Source: an uncultured Bacilli bacterium (GTDB taxonomy: Bacteria > Bacillota_I > Bacilli_A > RF39 > UBA660). From it: DNA of 64,000 nt. Positions 41,158-52,944 of the stretch are shown piece by piece. Where the stretch lies: the NCBI GenBank assembly GCA_947632415.1, contig CANRPB010000001.1, positions 19,549 through 83,548 on the forward strand. Direction: 5' to 3'. Both the position numbers and the translations under genes were made by a program. The notes under the pieces are model-generated. The model was not told the origin of the DNA, did no database searches, and was given only the letters and a program-made list of their open reading frames with translations. Positions within the stretch are counted from its first letter, which is position 1, and every line of letters begins with the position of its first letter.

Positions 41158-41674
41158 CATTCTAGCTGGCGAGGTTGTCATTCATTCTGATGCATTAGGA
41201 TTACCACCGTTTAAGAAGATATGGGATGCTAATAAGAAGAATAAGGAACACGTCACTAAAGTAATCAGTTACATAGTACTAATGCATAAATATGATAGTC
41301 CTTATGTGCAGAGTATGGATGATGCTAGTAGAGAGAGTAAGCTTAAGAGGGACATATTCGGTGATGAAAAGTATTAGCTTACACCTGATGAATTAGTCTG
41401 TGAACAGGAATATGAAGCATTACTGAATACTAGGACATTATAGATGCTCAATAACATGAGGCTTAAGTTGGATAGTATCAGTAACTATTACAAGGATTCC
41501 TTAGAAGTAGAATTGGATGAGAAGAAGATAAAGGATTTATTAGCAGGTATGACTTCAGTAGGTGGCGTACTAAAGAGTATAGATTCATTAGAGAATATGG
41601 TTAAAGCTGAAGAGTTATCAATGAGCAAAGTTAAAGGTGATGCTAAGGTTAACCCATATGAGCTTGCTAAGTAA
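41144..41674 (+). CDS. Hypothetical protein (two in-frame TAG). Small terminase is possible only from position.
   Basis: Track ORFs 41144..41377 and 41444..41674 share a frame. The gap contains only 2 TAG. TAA stop. Confidence 0.6.
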
Positions 41675-41721
41675 AATACAAGATTTGCAACTAAATAGAT
41701 TAATTACGTTATAGGACAAGT

Positions 41722-41847
41722 ATGAAGAAATTTAATATCACAATTGATTTAACAAAAGATGCTGAAGATGTTCTTGAACAGATTGAAGAAGCATCTAAGC
41801 AGTTAAAGAAGAAAACACTCTGGCAGAGAATTAAGAGTTGGTTTTAA
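41722..41847 (+). CDS. Small protein (41 aa), candidate
   Basis: MKKFNITIDLTKDAEDVLEQIEEASKQLKKKTLWQRIKSWF. Confidence 0.35.
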   Translation: MKKFNITIDLTKDAEDVLEQIEEASKQLKKKTLWQRIKSWF

Positions 41848-41930
41848 AGCTTAATCGGCTGTGTTAAGCTATATTGAAAGCAGCTGCTCCCTTACGTGGT
41901 GGGGAGGGTAAATGAGTACACCACGTGCAT

Positions 41931-42008
41931 TTCCGCTTGATGTATGATTGCTTAGCATAATTCCCTCTAAAGGAATAGGACCTGGAGCAGAACCGGGAGC
42001 GGGGACCA
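41931..42008 (+). tRNA. Candidate amber-suppressor tRNA (anticodon CTA) with a non-canonical T-loop and an encoded CCA
   Basis: TTCCGCT TG ATGT ATGATTGCTTA GCAT A ATTCC CTCTAAA GGAAT AGGA CCTGG AGCAGAA CCGGG AGCGGGG A CCA. All four stems pair (some G-U). U33 and A37 flank CTA. The T-loop lacks TTC. Confidence 0.45.
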
Positions 42009-42019
42009 ATTAAAATGTT

Positions 42020-42292
42020 ATGAAGTATAAGATTATAGGCGATCCGTTACCGTACAAGGAGGTGGGTGTTATATATGAAAATTCTAAACGTATCTGTGAT
42101 GCTGATGAAGGTTGGGCTTCTATAATTAAGTGCGATGATGAGTATTACAGACTAGACGAAGTTGACGGTTTGCATATTCACCCTGTTATGATAACTGATT
42201 CCAGTGCTGGACCAGCTGTAAATGAAGATGAACCAGAACACATTAGACGATTAAGACAGCACGGTTATTGGGATACTTCAGAAGATAATTAA
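42020..42292 (+). CDS. Hypothetical protein
   Basis: 90-aa ORF between the two tRNAs. Confidence 0.6.
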   Translation: MKYKIIGDPLPYKEVGVIYENSKRICDADEGWASIIKCDDEYYRLDEVDGLHIHPVMITDSSAGPAVNEDEPEHIRRLRQHGYWDTSEDN

Positions 42293-42427
42293 GATAGTGA
42301 AGCGTGGCGCGAACGTAACGTAACCTCCTAAGTCACTTACTGTTAATCAACAGTGAACACAGCTAATGATGGACCTAATCGTAAGTAGGCTAGTTTCCCG
42401 GTATCTAGGACACTAAAACCGGGTCAC

Positions 42428-42499
42428 TGCGGGGTGGAGAAGAGACATCTCGTCTGGCTCATAACCAGAAGATCGCAGGTTTGAATCCTGCCCCCGCAA
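42428..42499 (+). tRNA. tRNA with anticodon CAT (Met, or Ile2 if modified)
   Basis: TGCGGGG TG GAGA AGAGACA TCTC G TCTGG CTCATAA CCAGA AGATC GCAGG TTTGAAT CCTGC CCCCGCA A. Full cloverleaf. The D-loop lacks GG and the T-loop is TTTGAAT. Confidence 0.8.
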
Positions 42500-42517
42500 C
42501 AATCAAGATATTTTACC

Positions 42518-45500
42518 ATGGTAGACTTTAATAAGTAGATTAAACAAAGCGATAAATTTCGTTAGGCAGCCCTATAGTTCATAACTACAGGGCATTATTG
42601 TACGTACCCAGCTGGTTCATCAGAATACTTCAAATTCTGGGACTAGGAAAAGGATAGAAGTATTAATGGTTATACTGCTGATGATGGTGACTACATCACA
42701 GGGTATAACTATTTTTATTTAAATTATTGTCCTATTCAACGACTGGTATATACTAAGAATGAGAAGACAGGTAAGATAAAAAAGAGTCGTGAAGTATCAT
42801 TCCCTGATTTTTGGGATTATGACTATTACTTCTTTTAGGCTTTATAGGATGCAGAAGATTAGGGTAAACATATGTGCGCATTGAAAAGCCGTAGAAAGGG
42901 GTACTCGTACAAAAATGCCGCAATGGCTTGTCGTAATTATTATCTTATACCCAATAGTAAAACATATATTTATGCGTCTAATAAGCAGTATTTAACTGAA
43001 GATGGTATCCTTACTAAAGCATGGGACTATATGAACTTTATAGATAAGAATACTGCTTGGGGTAAGAAACGCTCGGTGAACACACAGATGCGTAAAAGAG
43101 CTGGTTTCTTTACTAGGGATGAGTATGGTAATGAAGTTGAATTAGGTTATAAGTCTGAAATAATTGGTGTTACATTGAAAGACAACCCAGACGTTGTTCG
43201 TGGTAAAGCCGGTAAGCTAATCATATTTGAGGAAGCTGGGTCGTTTAGCGAACTGGGTGCTGCTTGGCAAATAGCGAGACCATCAGTAGAGCAGGATGGT
43301 GTGGCATTCGGTACTATGATAGCGTTCGGGACAGGTGGCGATGATAACAGCCACTTCTTTACTTTGAAAGATATGTTCTATCACCCTGAAGGTTATAATT
43401 GCGTAGGGTTTAAGAATATATGGGACGAATCTGTTACCACTGAAGAGTGTGGGTTCTTTATACCGTAGTACACTAACATGGACTTCCGTGATACTGATGG
43501 TAACAGGATGTTCATGGATGACGATGGTAACACACTGCGTAAACGGTCCTTAGAGTATGTACTAGAAGAAAGACGTAAAGTAATAGAGAACGCGACTAGT
43601 AATGAAACTATTGACCGTTATGTGGCAGAGCACTGTTTAACCCCTAGTGAGGCATGTCTGGAGTTTAATGGGAATATCTTCCCAAAGAAGGAATTACAAG
43701 AGCAATTAAGTTTACTTAGGACTAACACTAGATTATAGAACCATAAATAGGTCGGTGATTTAGTATGGGAACCTACCGGGGAACTTAAATGGATTATTAA
43801 GAAAACAGGAGATATTAATCATTACCCATTACGATAGAATGAGGACCCAACTGGTTCTATAGTTATATGGGAACACCCAAATAAGGAAGCTAGCTTAGGT
43901 CTATACATTGCTGGTATCGACTCTTATGACTATGACGAGTCTAGTACTACTTCATTAGGTTCATGCTTCATTTATAAACGCATTCAAGGTATTGAAGCTT
44001 ACTCTGATATAATAGTAGCTGAATACACTGGTAGACCCAAGACTGCTGAGGATTTCTATGAGAATGTTAGAAAGTTGTTGATATACTATAATGCTAGGGC
44101 AATGTATGAGAACCAGAACAAAGGTATATTTGCTTACTTTACTAATAAGCATTGTGACTACTTACTTGCTGATACCCCAGATATAATTAGTGACATTATA
44201 AAGGATTCCAAAGTAAATCGTAAGAAAGGCTGTCATATGACCAAGTAGATTAAACAGTGGGGTCAAGGGTTGATTAAAGACTGGTTAAACGATGCTAATG
44301 CGGACGGTAAAAAGAATTTATATAACGTTATGTCAGAACCACTATTAGAGGAATTGATCTCATATAATGATGTAGGTAATTTCGATAGATGTTTATCGCG
44401 AGGAACGCTAATTACAACTAACAGAGGTGATATTCCAATTGAAGAGGTTAGCACTACCGATTTCGTGTTGACTGATAAAGGTAATTATAAGCAAGTCATA
44501 CTTACTGACAGGCATATACATTCGGGTAAAATGATCACGTTAGCTTATTCTGGAGATTATTAGAAGCTGATTTGTACAGACAATCATCCGATATTGGTAA
44601 AATACACCGATAAGCTATCACATAAATTTAGAAATGTCGAAACACTAGAAGAAACATTTTTAAGAGCAGATAGTTTAAATTACAAATATTAGTTTGCGCT
44701 ATTACCGAAGAGACATATAGAGGACAAGCCAAGAACGATAAATGATCGAATACTGTATGTACTTGGGTGGATAATGGGTGACGGATATTGCCATCCGAAT
44801 AGTAATGAGGTAAAGATAACGTATCAGTTAAACCAATTGAAATGCGCTGAGCAATGCAAATAGATAATTGAAGAATTTGATGGTTCTGTTCCGTGCAAGA
44901 TAATGAGAGACAAAACCAAGAATTGTTATCGATTAGTCGTATATTCTAAGAAATTGCATACTTTAGCTATGCAGTTCGGATGTGTTCCGAATAACAAAAA
45001 AATAAATTATACGGTATACAACAATCACAAAGATTTAATTCCGTTCATCTTAGGCTTACTAGAAGCAGATGGGCATTAGAAATATAATACCGCATATGAC
45101 GGCCACGCAAGAAACGCAATCGAGATAGCTACCATATACGAGGAGTTACTAAGACAATGCAGGTAGATATTATTGGATAACAATATATATTCAACTATCC
45201 GTGAAGTTAAAGCAAGAAACGGCAGACGTCAGGTAAATCTTTAGATAAGCGGTGAATACGTTAGTAAATTATTATCTTATTATACGCCAAACGATGGAAC
45301 CGCAACATGCCCAATATTTTCATATAAGTTTAAACAAGTCTATTGCAATCATACGAAGTCAATTGTCTTATAGGATAATCGAGGTTTTTGGGTTCCTATT
45401 AAGCTATTAGAAAGTAACGAAGCATCTGAAACTGTATATAATATTGTAGTGCAAGATGACCATACTTACGTTGCTAACGGTATTACTACCCATAATTGTA

Positions 45501-45661
45501 TGGCTCTCATGCAAGTGATGATATACCGTGAAGAATTGTATAATGTTAAGGTAAAAGAAATTAAAAAGGAAAATCGAGAAAGAGTACTCTTCGATGGACC
45601 TATATTCACACAAGAATGGTTCCGTGACGACGGAATTGATTAGCAAACATATATGTTTTAA
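42518..45661 (+). CDS. terL: Terminase large subunit, interrupted by an intein. TAG read as sense.
   Basis: ATG 42518 is in frame with track ORFs 42872.., 43478.., 44270.., 45449... FPDFWDYDYYFF, KSRRKGYSY (P-loop-like), LIIFEEAGS (Walker B), IAGIDSYD. Closes at TAA 45659-45661. Confidence 0.8.
44390..45496 (+). mobile_element. Intein (369 codons) with a LAGLIDADG homing-endonuclease domain in TerL
   Basis: Starts at Cys (CLSRGTLITT) and ends ...VANGITTHN followed by Cys. Block B is TDNHP. LAGLIDADG motifs are LGWIMGDGY and ILGLLEADGH. Contains 7 in-frame TAG. Confidence 0.8.
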
Positions 45662-45702
45662 CTATGAATAATATAAGTCAATTCCCATTATAGAAACTAC
45701 CG

Positions 45703-48180
45703 ATGAGTAAGAAGACTAAAGCTTGGCGCGAAGCAAATGTCGACTATATATCAGGTAAAAGTATGGGTGGTTCTAGAAATGGGAATAATAGAACATTTAA
45801 AGAAGAAATGAAGACATACTACGATCTTTATAATGGCATCTACAATGAAAAAGATCTAAAGTATGTTACTAACCCATTTAAGTAGTCAGATGGGTTCCCT
45901 GCTACAGCGTAGGATTATAATGTCATCAAACCTAAAATAGATTTATTGTTAGGTGAAGAAACTAAACGACCATTTAACTTTAAAGTAGGTCGAACTAGTG
46001 ATATAGCTGCAGGTGAAATGTAGGATAAGGCAAAGCAATTGCTGATTGACTACGTACAAGCAAATATAATGAGTAAATTGGGTCCTGAAGAACAACAGAG
46101 ATACCAAGAAGCATTGTAGTCAGGTGAAGTAATGACACCTGAACAAATATAGAAATACATGAGTAAGGACTATAAAGATATTGCTGAAATAACTGCATAT
46201 CATAGCCTTAATTACTTAAAAAGTAAGTTGAACATTACTCATGAATTCTTTAAGGGCTGGAAAGATGCACTGATTGGTGGCGAAGAAATCTATTACGTTG
46301 GTATACGTAATGGTGACCCTTGTTTAGAAAGAATTAACCCATTATATTTTGACTACGACACTGATACTTCAGACATCGAGTTCATTCATGAGGCATAGTG
46401 GTGTGTCTATGAGATGAGGTTGTCAGTAACAGAAATATACGACAGATACTACGATAAATTAAGTGAAAAGCAGTTAAACCAATTGCTTGACATGATGGAT
46501 GACGTTAGCAAAGGTATGATGAACCCAGAAGTACGTAAAACGTCATTGGATTACGCGCATATAAAAGCTAACGTCATAAATGGTTTCAATGCAAATCCGT
46601 TCGAATCAACTAATAACATTAGTGTATGGCATTGCTGTTGGAAGTCTTTTAAAAAGATAGGGTTTATAACCATACTTGACCCCGAAACTGGTGAACCTGA
46701 AGAATATACAGTAGATGAAACGTATAAAGTAGTTGGTACTGAATTGAATGTTGAATGGAAATGGATAGTTGAAGTATGGGAAGGATATAGAGCTGGTGAA
46801 GACCTTTACTTTGGTATAGAACCTATTGAATATCAATACGTATCAGCTGACAACCCTAACGCTTAGAGATTACCATACACTGGTGTAGTATATAATAACA
46901 CTAACAGTAAACCTAGGAGTTTAGTAAGTATAATGAAGCCACTATAGTACATGTATATCATACTCTGGTATAGGCTTGAATTAGCAATGGCTAGGGATAA
47001 AGGTAAAGTACTTAATATGGATATTACGTAGATACCAAAATCAATGGGTATCGATGTATCTAAGTGGATGCATTACTTATCAGCACTAGGTGTTAACCTA
47101 CTTAACCCATACGAGTCGGAGTGGGATATACCAGGTAGGGATGGCAGTCACGCAGCAACATTCAACCAAATAGCATCAGTAGACCTTAGTATGGCTAACG
47201 TAATTGACCAGTACATCAAGCTAATGGATAAGATTGAAGACATGTTATCTGAAGTTACCGGTGTTACTAGGCAAAGGGAAGGTGCTATATCTACTAGCGA
47301 GTTAGTTGGTAATGTTGAGAGAGCTGTAATACAGTCTGCTCATATCACTGAGCCTTGGTTCTGGACCCATAGTCAAATTAAACGTGAGTGTTTGACTATG
47401 CTATTGAATACAGCTCGATGGGCTTGGAAAGACAATAAAACTGCTTTATACTATACGTTAGATGATGCTACTAGAGCGTTTATAACTCTATCAGATTAGC
47501 TACTATATGAAGACTTCGACATCTTTGTAGAAGATACTACTAAGAATCAACAGAACATCGAAGCATTACGTAACTTAATGCAACCTGCTATGCAGAATGG
47601 TGCTAGCTTACTCGATATAGCTGAAATCATCACTATGGACAATGTCAGTATGATTAAACAGCGTCTAGAAGAGATTGAGCAGAAACGTATGGAACAGCAG
47701 CAATAGATGGAACAGGCTCAGGCTGAACGTGAACAACAAGCTATCCAAATGCAGAATGAGGTTAAGGAAGAGGAACTGATGATTAAGGAAGCTGAAATGG
47801 ATCTTAAGAAATATGAGATAGATCAGAATAATGCTACCAAGATTGCAGTTGCTGAACTAAGTGCTTACCGTGGTACTGAAGATATGGATCAGAATCGGAA
47901 TGGAATACCGGATGTCATGGAAATTGGTAAGCAAGCCTTAGAACAGCAGAAGATAGATTCTGATAGAGCTGGTAAACAGTTAGAACTCAACAATAAGCGT
48001 AGAGAGATAGAGATGAAACGTGATATTGAGTAGAAGAAGATACAGCTTGAAAAGGACAGAATGAAGCATGAGACTGAGTTACAACGTATGTCAGATAAAG
48101 CTGCAATGGAAAGGGAGAAGTTAAAGGCACGCACCGCACTCAAGAATCATGTCGTAGGTGAAGCTAAAAAGAGTAAGTAA
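45703..48180 (+). CDS. Portal protein (TAG read as sense)
   Basis: 5 track ORFs in frame 1. The gap 45885-46159, read in full, has only TAG. About 825 codons directly after TerL. TAA stop at 48178-48180. Confidence 0.7.
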
Positions 48181-48182
48181 TT

Positions 48183-48566
48183 ATGGAAAAGATCAAAAAG
48201 ATATTAAACTATTTGTGGCAATTACCGTAGAATTTACTTGGTTTAGCCACATTCAAATGTTACCCAGGATATACGATTAATGTTGGTGATAATGCAATAG
48301 CTAAAATATCTAGTAAAATGCATGGCGGTATCACATTGGGTAAGTATATCGTAATTAGTCATGCGAATTTAATAAAGCATGAATATGGGCATGCTGTTTA
48401 GAGTAAATACTTAGGTCCACTATACTTGTTAGTGATTGGTTTGCCTTCTATCTGTCATGCTTCAGTTCATAATTATTTGTGCAAGAACCCTGATTACTAT
48501 CACTTCTACACGGAGAAATGGGCTAACCAACTGAGCGATAAGTACTATAAGCAATGTGAGTCATGA
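48183..48566 (+). CDS. Small hydrophobic HExxH protein (two in-frame TAG)
   Basis: Absent from the ORF track because of fragmentation. HEYGH at 48378-48392. TGA at 48564-48566. Confidence 0.5.
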
Positions 48567-50734
48567 CACCTGAAGAGAGACAAGCATTCAAATAGAGAAT
48601 GAAAGACATAAAAGCCTACCGGGAGTAGAATCCCGGTAAGGGCTACTGGGATTGGAAGGAGTACGATAATGGTGGTACTGTTGGTGAATTAGTTGATGCG
48701 ATATATGCAACTAATCCAAAAGAAGAATTCCTAGGTGAGCCAGCACATCACTATGATTTTACTATATCTGAAGAAGAAGCAAATAGGCTTGGTTACTTTC
48801 CTGATAAGCGTGGTCATAGAGATGATAGAGTAAAGAAAGAATCCCATCCCTCACATCCCTCTAGAGGTACTTGGTCTGGTGACTATTTCTCACTTACAGA
48901 CAAAGGTATGGAAGATCCTAATTATACTTTATTTGGGTTAAATGATGGTGGCTAGGATCCGCAGGCAATACTAAGATATAAAGATAGTTATGTTCTACCT
49001 GAGATGACTATTACTCCTAAAGATAGCTACATATATAATTCTTATGATAATATCAAATTACATCTTCCTAAGAAATACGCTACTGGTGGTAAGACTGAGG
49101 ATGATAAAGTTTTATGGAATTGGGATAGCCAACTACCTGAAGTAATTGTGTTGGGTAAGAAAAAGGAATACAGCGATGAACGAACAGACCATCCTATAAA
49201 GAAACCAAAGGAATATCCTATCTATCGCCGTGACAATGGATATATTACATAGGGTAAAAGTGATGATTCTTGGAAGAAATGGGATAAAGACGGAGACGGA
49301 ACTCTTAGTCCTAAAGAGCGTTGGGAGCGATAGAAGTCAGAACGTAGATCAGAGGATTGGCGTAATCTTGGGAAAGGCATCAATAGAACATTTGGCACAG
49401 CTGCGGCAGCAGCCAGCACATTATATGGTGGTGGTTGGGCAGCAACCAGATCAATCAAGGGTAATAGAGCTAGTACATTAGGTGGAAAACTTGCTAAACA
49501 CGTATTATCTTCAAATGCCGTAGATACTGGATTTGATGCGGCGAATATGTTATTTGATCCGACTGATTCGTCCAATATTCTAGACTTATCAACAGGTTTA
49601 TTATTATCACGTTATAAGGATTTTTCCAAACCTGTAAGACAAATAGGCGAGTTAATAAATGCTGGAGTCAACACGTACAACACTGTGGACAATTATGAGT
49701 CTGGTGGTGAAACCGGAGATGATGATGAAGAACGTAAATAGAGATTCTATGAAGCTACAGGTAGAAATAAATACGGTGTACCTATAGAATAGGGTTTAAA
49801 ACCAGTATTTGATTTAGAGGATGCTGCTAATCTTACTCCAGCTGGAGATGTGTTATCTGCCAAAGATACTTATCAGGCAGTAAAAGATAGAGATTGGTTA
49901 GGTGCTGGATTAGCTGCTTTGGGAATGGTACCTATAGTCCCTAATATCGCACGTTATGTGAAACACGGTAAATTAAAACCACATGCCGTACCTACAGTTA
50001 ATCCAAATAAGGATCAAGCATTAATTGATGCGCAGTTAAAGATGCTACAAGAACTTGCTGAAAAGAAAGCAAAAATATCTAACGAATAGTATGGTGTTGT
50101 TGAACGAATGATGGATGACCCGGCATATTTACGTAGAGCTGAAGAAGTATAGAAATAGTTTGGTGATGATTATTCTATGCCGTATGCAGATGCATTTATA
50201 TCTTACAATGGAGACCCAGCTTCGTTACCACAGGTGGCCTTAAGCGATGATTATAGATCTTTTGGTAATATGGAGAGATTGTCTGATGGTAGTTTCTTGT
50301 ATCACCGTAGTCGTGTAATAGATCAGCCGTATAACGCAGAACACGAAGTTGGGCATTTCGTAGATATGCTGAAAGCTGGTGGTGGCGATGCCGATAAAGG
50401 TAACAACATGTTCAAAGAAATGAGCAAGGACTTAAAAGAAGGAATTGATAGACACGATAGATATTTCATGATGCCAACTGAATAGAAATCCCACATGAAT
50501 CAATTACGTGAATGGATGTTCTAGAATAATATGATACCAACTAGAGATACTAAAGTTGACGTAAATACTTTAAAGAAAGCATTGAAGGCAGTTGACGAAG
50601 TATCAGGAATGGAAGGTGTGGTACGAGCTAGTAAATAGTTCGGAGATATGAAATTATACAGAAAATGGTTTAATAGCATACCTTTAGTAGATGCTACTAC
50701 TAAAGTGGATGAATATGCTAAATAGTATGTTTAA
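48563..50734 (+). CDS. Virion or cargo-type protein with an EF-hand-like loop and an HExxH motif (TAG read as sense)
   Basis: ATG 48563 overlaps the upstream TGA. Track ORFs 49004.., 49547.., 49850.., 50177.. share frame 2. DKDGDGTLSPKE at 49283-49318. HEVGH at 50342-50356. TAA at 50732-50734. Confidence 0.65.
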
Positions 50735-50760
50735 AGAAATTAATCTAAATTATATAATTT

Positions 50761-51918
50761 ATGGATGGAATCACATTGAACGGCTTTGAGGTATTTGATG
50801 ACTTCATGCCTGGTGCAAGTGTAAAGAATAAAACTACCGGAACGGGAGAAGACACTAAAATCGATATTGAAGGTGTAGGAGAAGAGCTCACTGACGATGA
50901 GTTGGATAACATCAAGAATTAGAATAAACCAACTACAGAAGAAGTTAAAGAACTTGATGATGAACCAATTAAAGACGTTAAAGAGGAACCAAAGAAAACT
51001 AAAAAGCAAACTACTAGAGTAAAGGAGGAAATTAAGGATGATGTAGACGATATTGTGGATAACGATATATCTGGCACTGACGATCAAGGTGATCTCGTCA
51101 CTAATTTCTTTGACGCTATTTCTGAACAATTCGGCTGGGACGATGTTGAGGAAGATGAAAAACCGCAAACAGCAGAAGAGTTAGTTTAGTATTTTAGGGA
51201 CGTAATTGAAGAGAACTCTAAGCCAGAGTATGCTAGTAAAGAGATGGAAGATCTTGACAATTACGTTAGAAATGGTGGTGACCTTAGAAAGTATTTGTAG
51301 ATCGATGCTGAATTAGACTTGACAGATGTTGATATGGATGAAGAGTCTAATCAGAAATTAGTGTTGAAAGAGTTCCTTAAAGAAAAAGGGTATAATGCTA
51401 CACAAATAACTAAGAAGATTAGCAAGTATGAAGATGCTGGTATCTTAGAAGATGAAGCAGAAGACGCTTTAGAGGCCCTTAAAGACATTAAAGAAAATAA
51501 GAAACGCGAGCTATTGGATTACTAGGAAAAAGCCGCTAAACAAGCTTAGAAACAGCAACAGGACTATTTTAATAGCGTTGTTGCTGAATTAAAAGATATG
51601 CAAGATGTTCGGGGCATCAAAATACCTGAAAAAGATAAACGTCAATTACTCGAGTATATCTTTAGAGCTGACGCTAATGGCATGACTCAATATCAAAAAG
51701 ACTGGTCTAAGAGCGTCAGAAACTTATTAGAATCTGCTTACTTTACTATGAAGGGTGATACCCTACTTAAGACAGCCAAAATTGAAGGTTCTAACAATGC
51801 TATTAGTAAGTTTAAAGATAGTTTGAATAAGACTGGGGTAAGTAGAAAAACAAAGAGAATCGACGATACCACTAGTGAAGATATGTGGCAATCGTTCGTA
51901 TCGCGATTACGCGCGTAA
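50761..51918 (+). CDS. Acidic protein, candidate head scaffold (TAG read as sense)
   Basis: Frame 1 links ATG 50761 with track ORFs 51319.. and 51598... Asp/Glu-rich. Sits between the portal-proximal genes and the MCP. Confidence 0.55.
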
Positions 51919-51945
51919 TAACAAATACAAAATAACTGTTTAATA

Positions 51946-52944
51946 ATGGATAACGGAATTTTAAACAATCTTTAGCTGTACCGTGGAAAATGGTTCAGCG
52001 ATTTGATCGACACCAACAAGATCAGCGCTGCTTCACAACAGACTCCGTACCAAGTTGCAACAGTTTTGTCCTATGTTTTCGGTACTAAAGATGGTGGCTA
52101 TAGTACTTCTCTGGACATGCTTACTGGTGGTCTTGGTAACGTTATGACGATAGATCAGCCGAGCTGGGAATGGAATGTGCTCGTTGATCAGGACAGAGCA
52201 ATCACAATTAGAGATGCAAAATGGCAGGGCAAAAATGTAAGCAGTACCACATTAGCAGGTATTGCTAATACGCCGATTCAACTATGGCTTGAAGACGATT
52301 ACTTTGGACCTACTGCTGTGTTGGAACTGGATGATAAAGAATATCAAGTACGTGTATCTGGTGCACCGTATCAAGATGGAAACCTGTATGTATATACAGT
52401 ATTCATTGCTGATGGTAACCCTACGTCTTATATCCCTGGTGACCTGTTGCAGCCTGGTTGTCAAGTATCACGTCTTGCTTCTGCTGTAGAAGAATACAGT
52501 GAAGAGGGTGACATCCTGAACTACAACACTCATTTCAAGATGAGAAATTACCTGACTACTATTCGTATCAACTACGATATTACTGGTTCTGCTTACTCTA
52601 CGGTAATGGCAATTGCTATGCAGGATCCTAAAACAGGTAAGAAATCTTATCTCTGGGCTGATTACCAAGAATGGGTTGCACTGCGTGAATGGTACAAGCG
52701 AGTAGAGAGAATGTTGGTTTACATGAAAACTAACGTTAACAAAGATGGTAGCTGTAACCTCAAAGGTTCCAATGGCAGACCCGTTTTTATTGGGAGCGGT
52801 TTGTTGGAGCAGATTGCACCGTCTAATAAAAGATATTATACTCATTTGACTGCAGAAATACTTGAAGACTTCTTGTTCGATCTGTCTTATAACGTACTCG
52901 GTACGAATGAAAGAAAATTCGTTGGTTTTACTGGTGAAATGGGT
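51946..52944 (+). CDS. Major capsid protein, exon 1 (single in-frame TAG at codon 10)
   Basis: ATG 51946 is in frame with track ORF 52003... Only one TAG (51973-51975) in the whole gene. The exon end is inferred. Confidence 0.6.

Noticed and set aside
41884-42000. An alternative larger fold in which GCTCCC (41886-41891) pairs with GGGAGC (41995-42000), enclosing the hairpin ACGTGGTG..CACCACGT and the CTA-loop hairpin. This suggested a ~120-nt non-tRNA RNA.
   Set aside because: The 75-nt cloverleaf plus CCA accounts for all stems with correct tRNA spacing. The larger fold has no recognisable class. It is kept only as an alternative to test by folding and covariation.
42293-42427. A possible third tRNA between ORF 42020..42292 and tRNA(CAU). 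Hairpins seen: TTACTGTT AATC AACAGTGA, and CCCGGT..ACCGGG with a CTA-containing 15-nt loop.
   Set aside because: There is no T-arm and no acceptor pairing, and the loop sizes (4 and 15 nt) are incompatible with tRNA arms.
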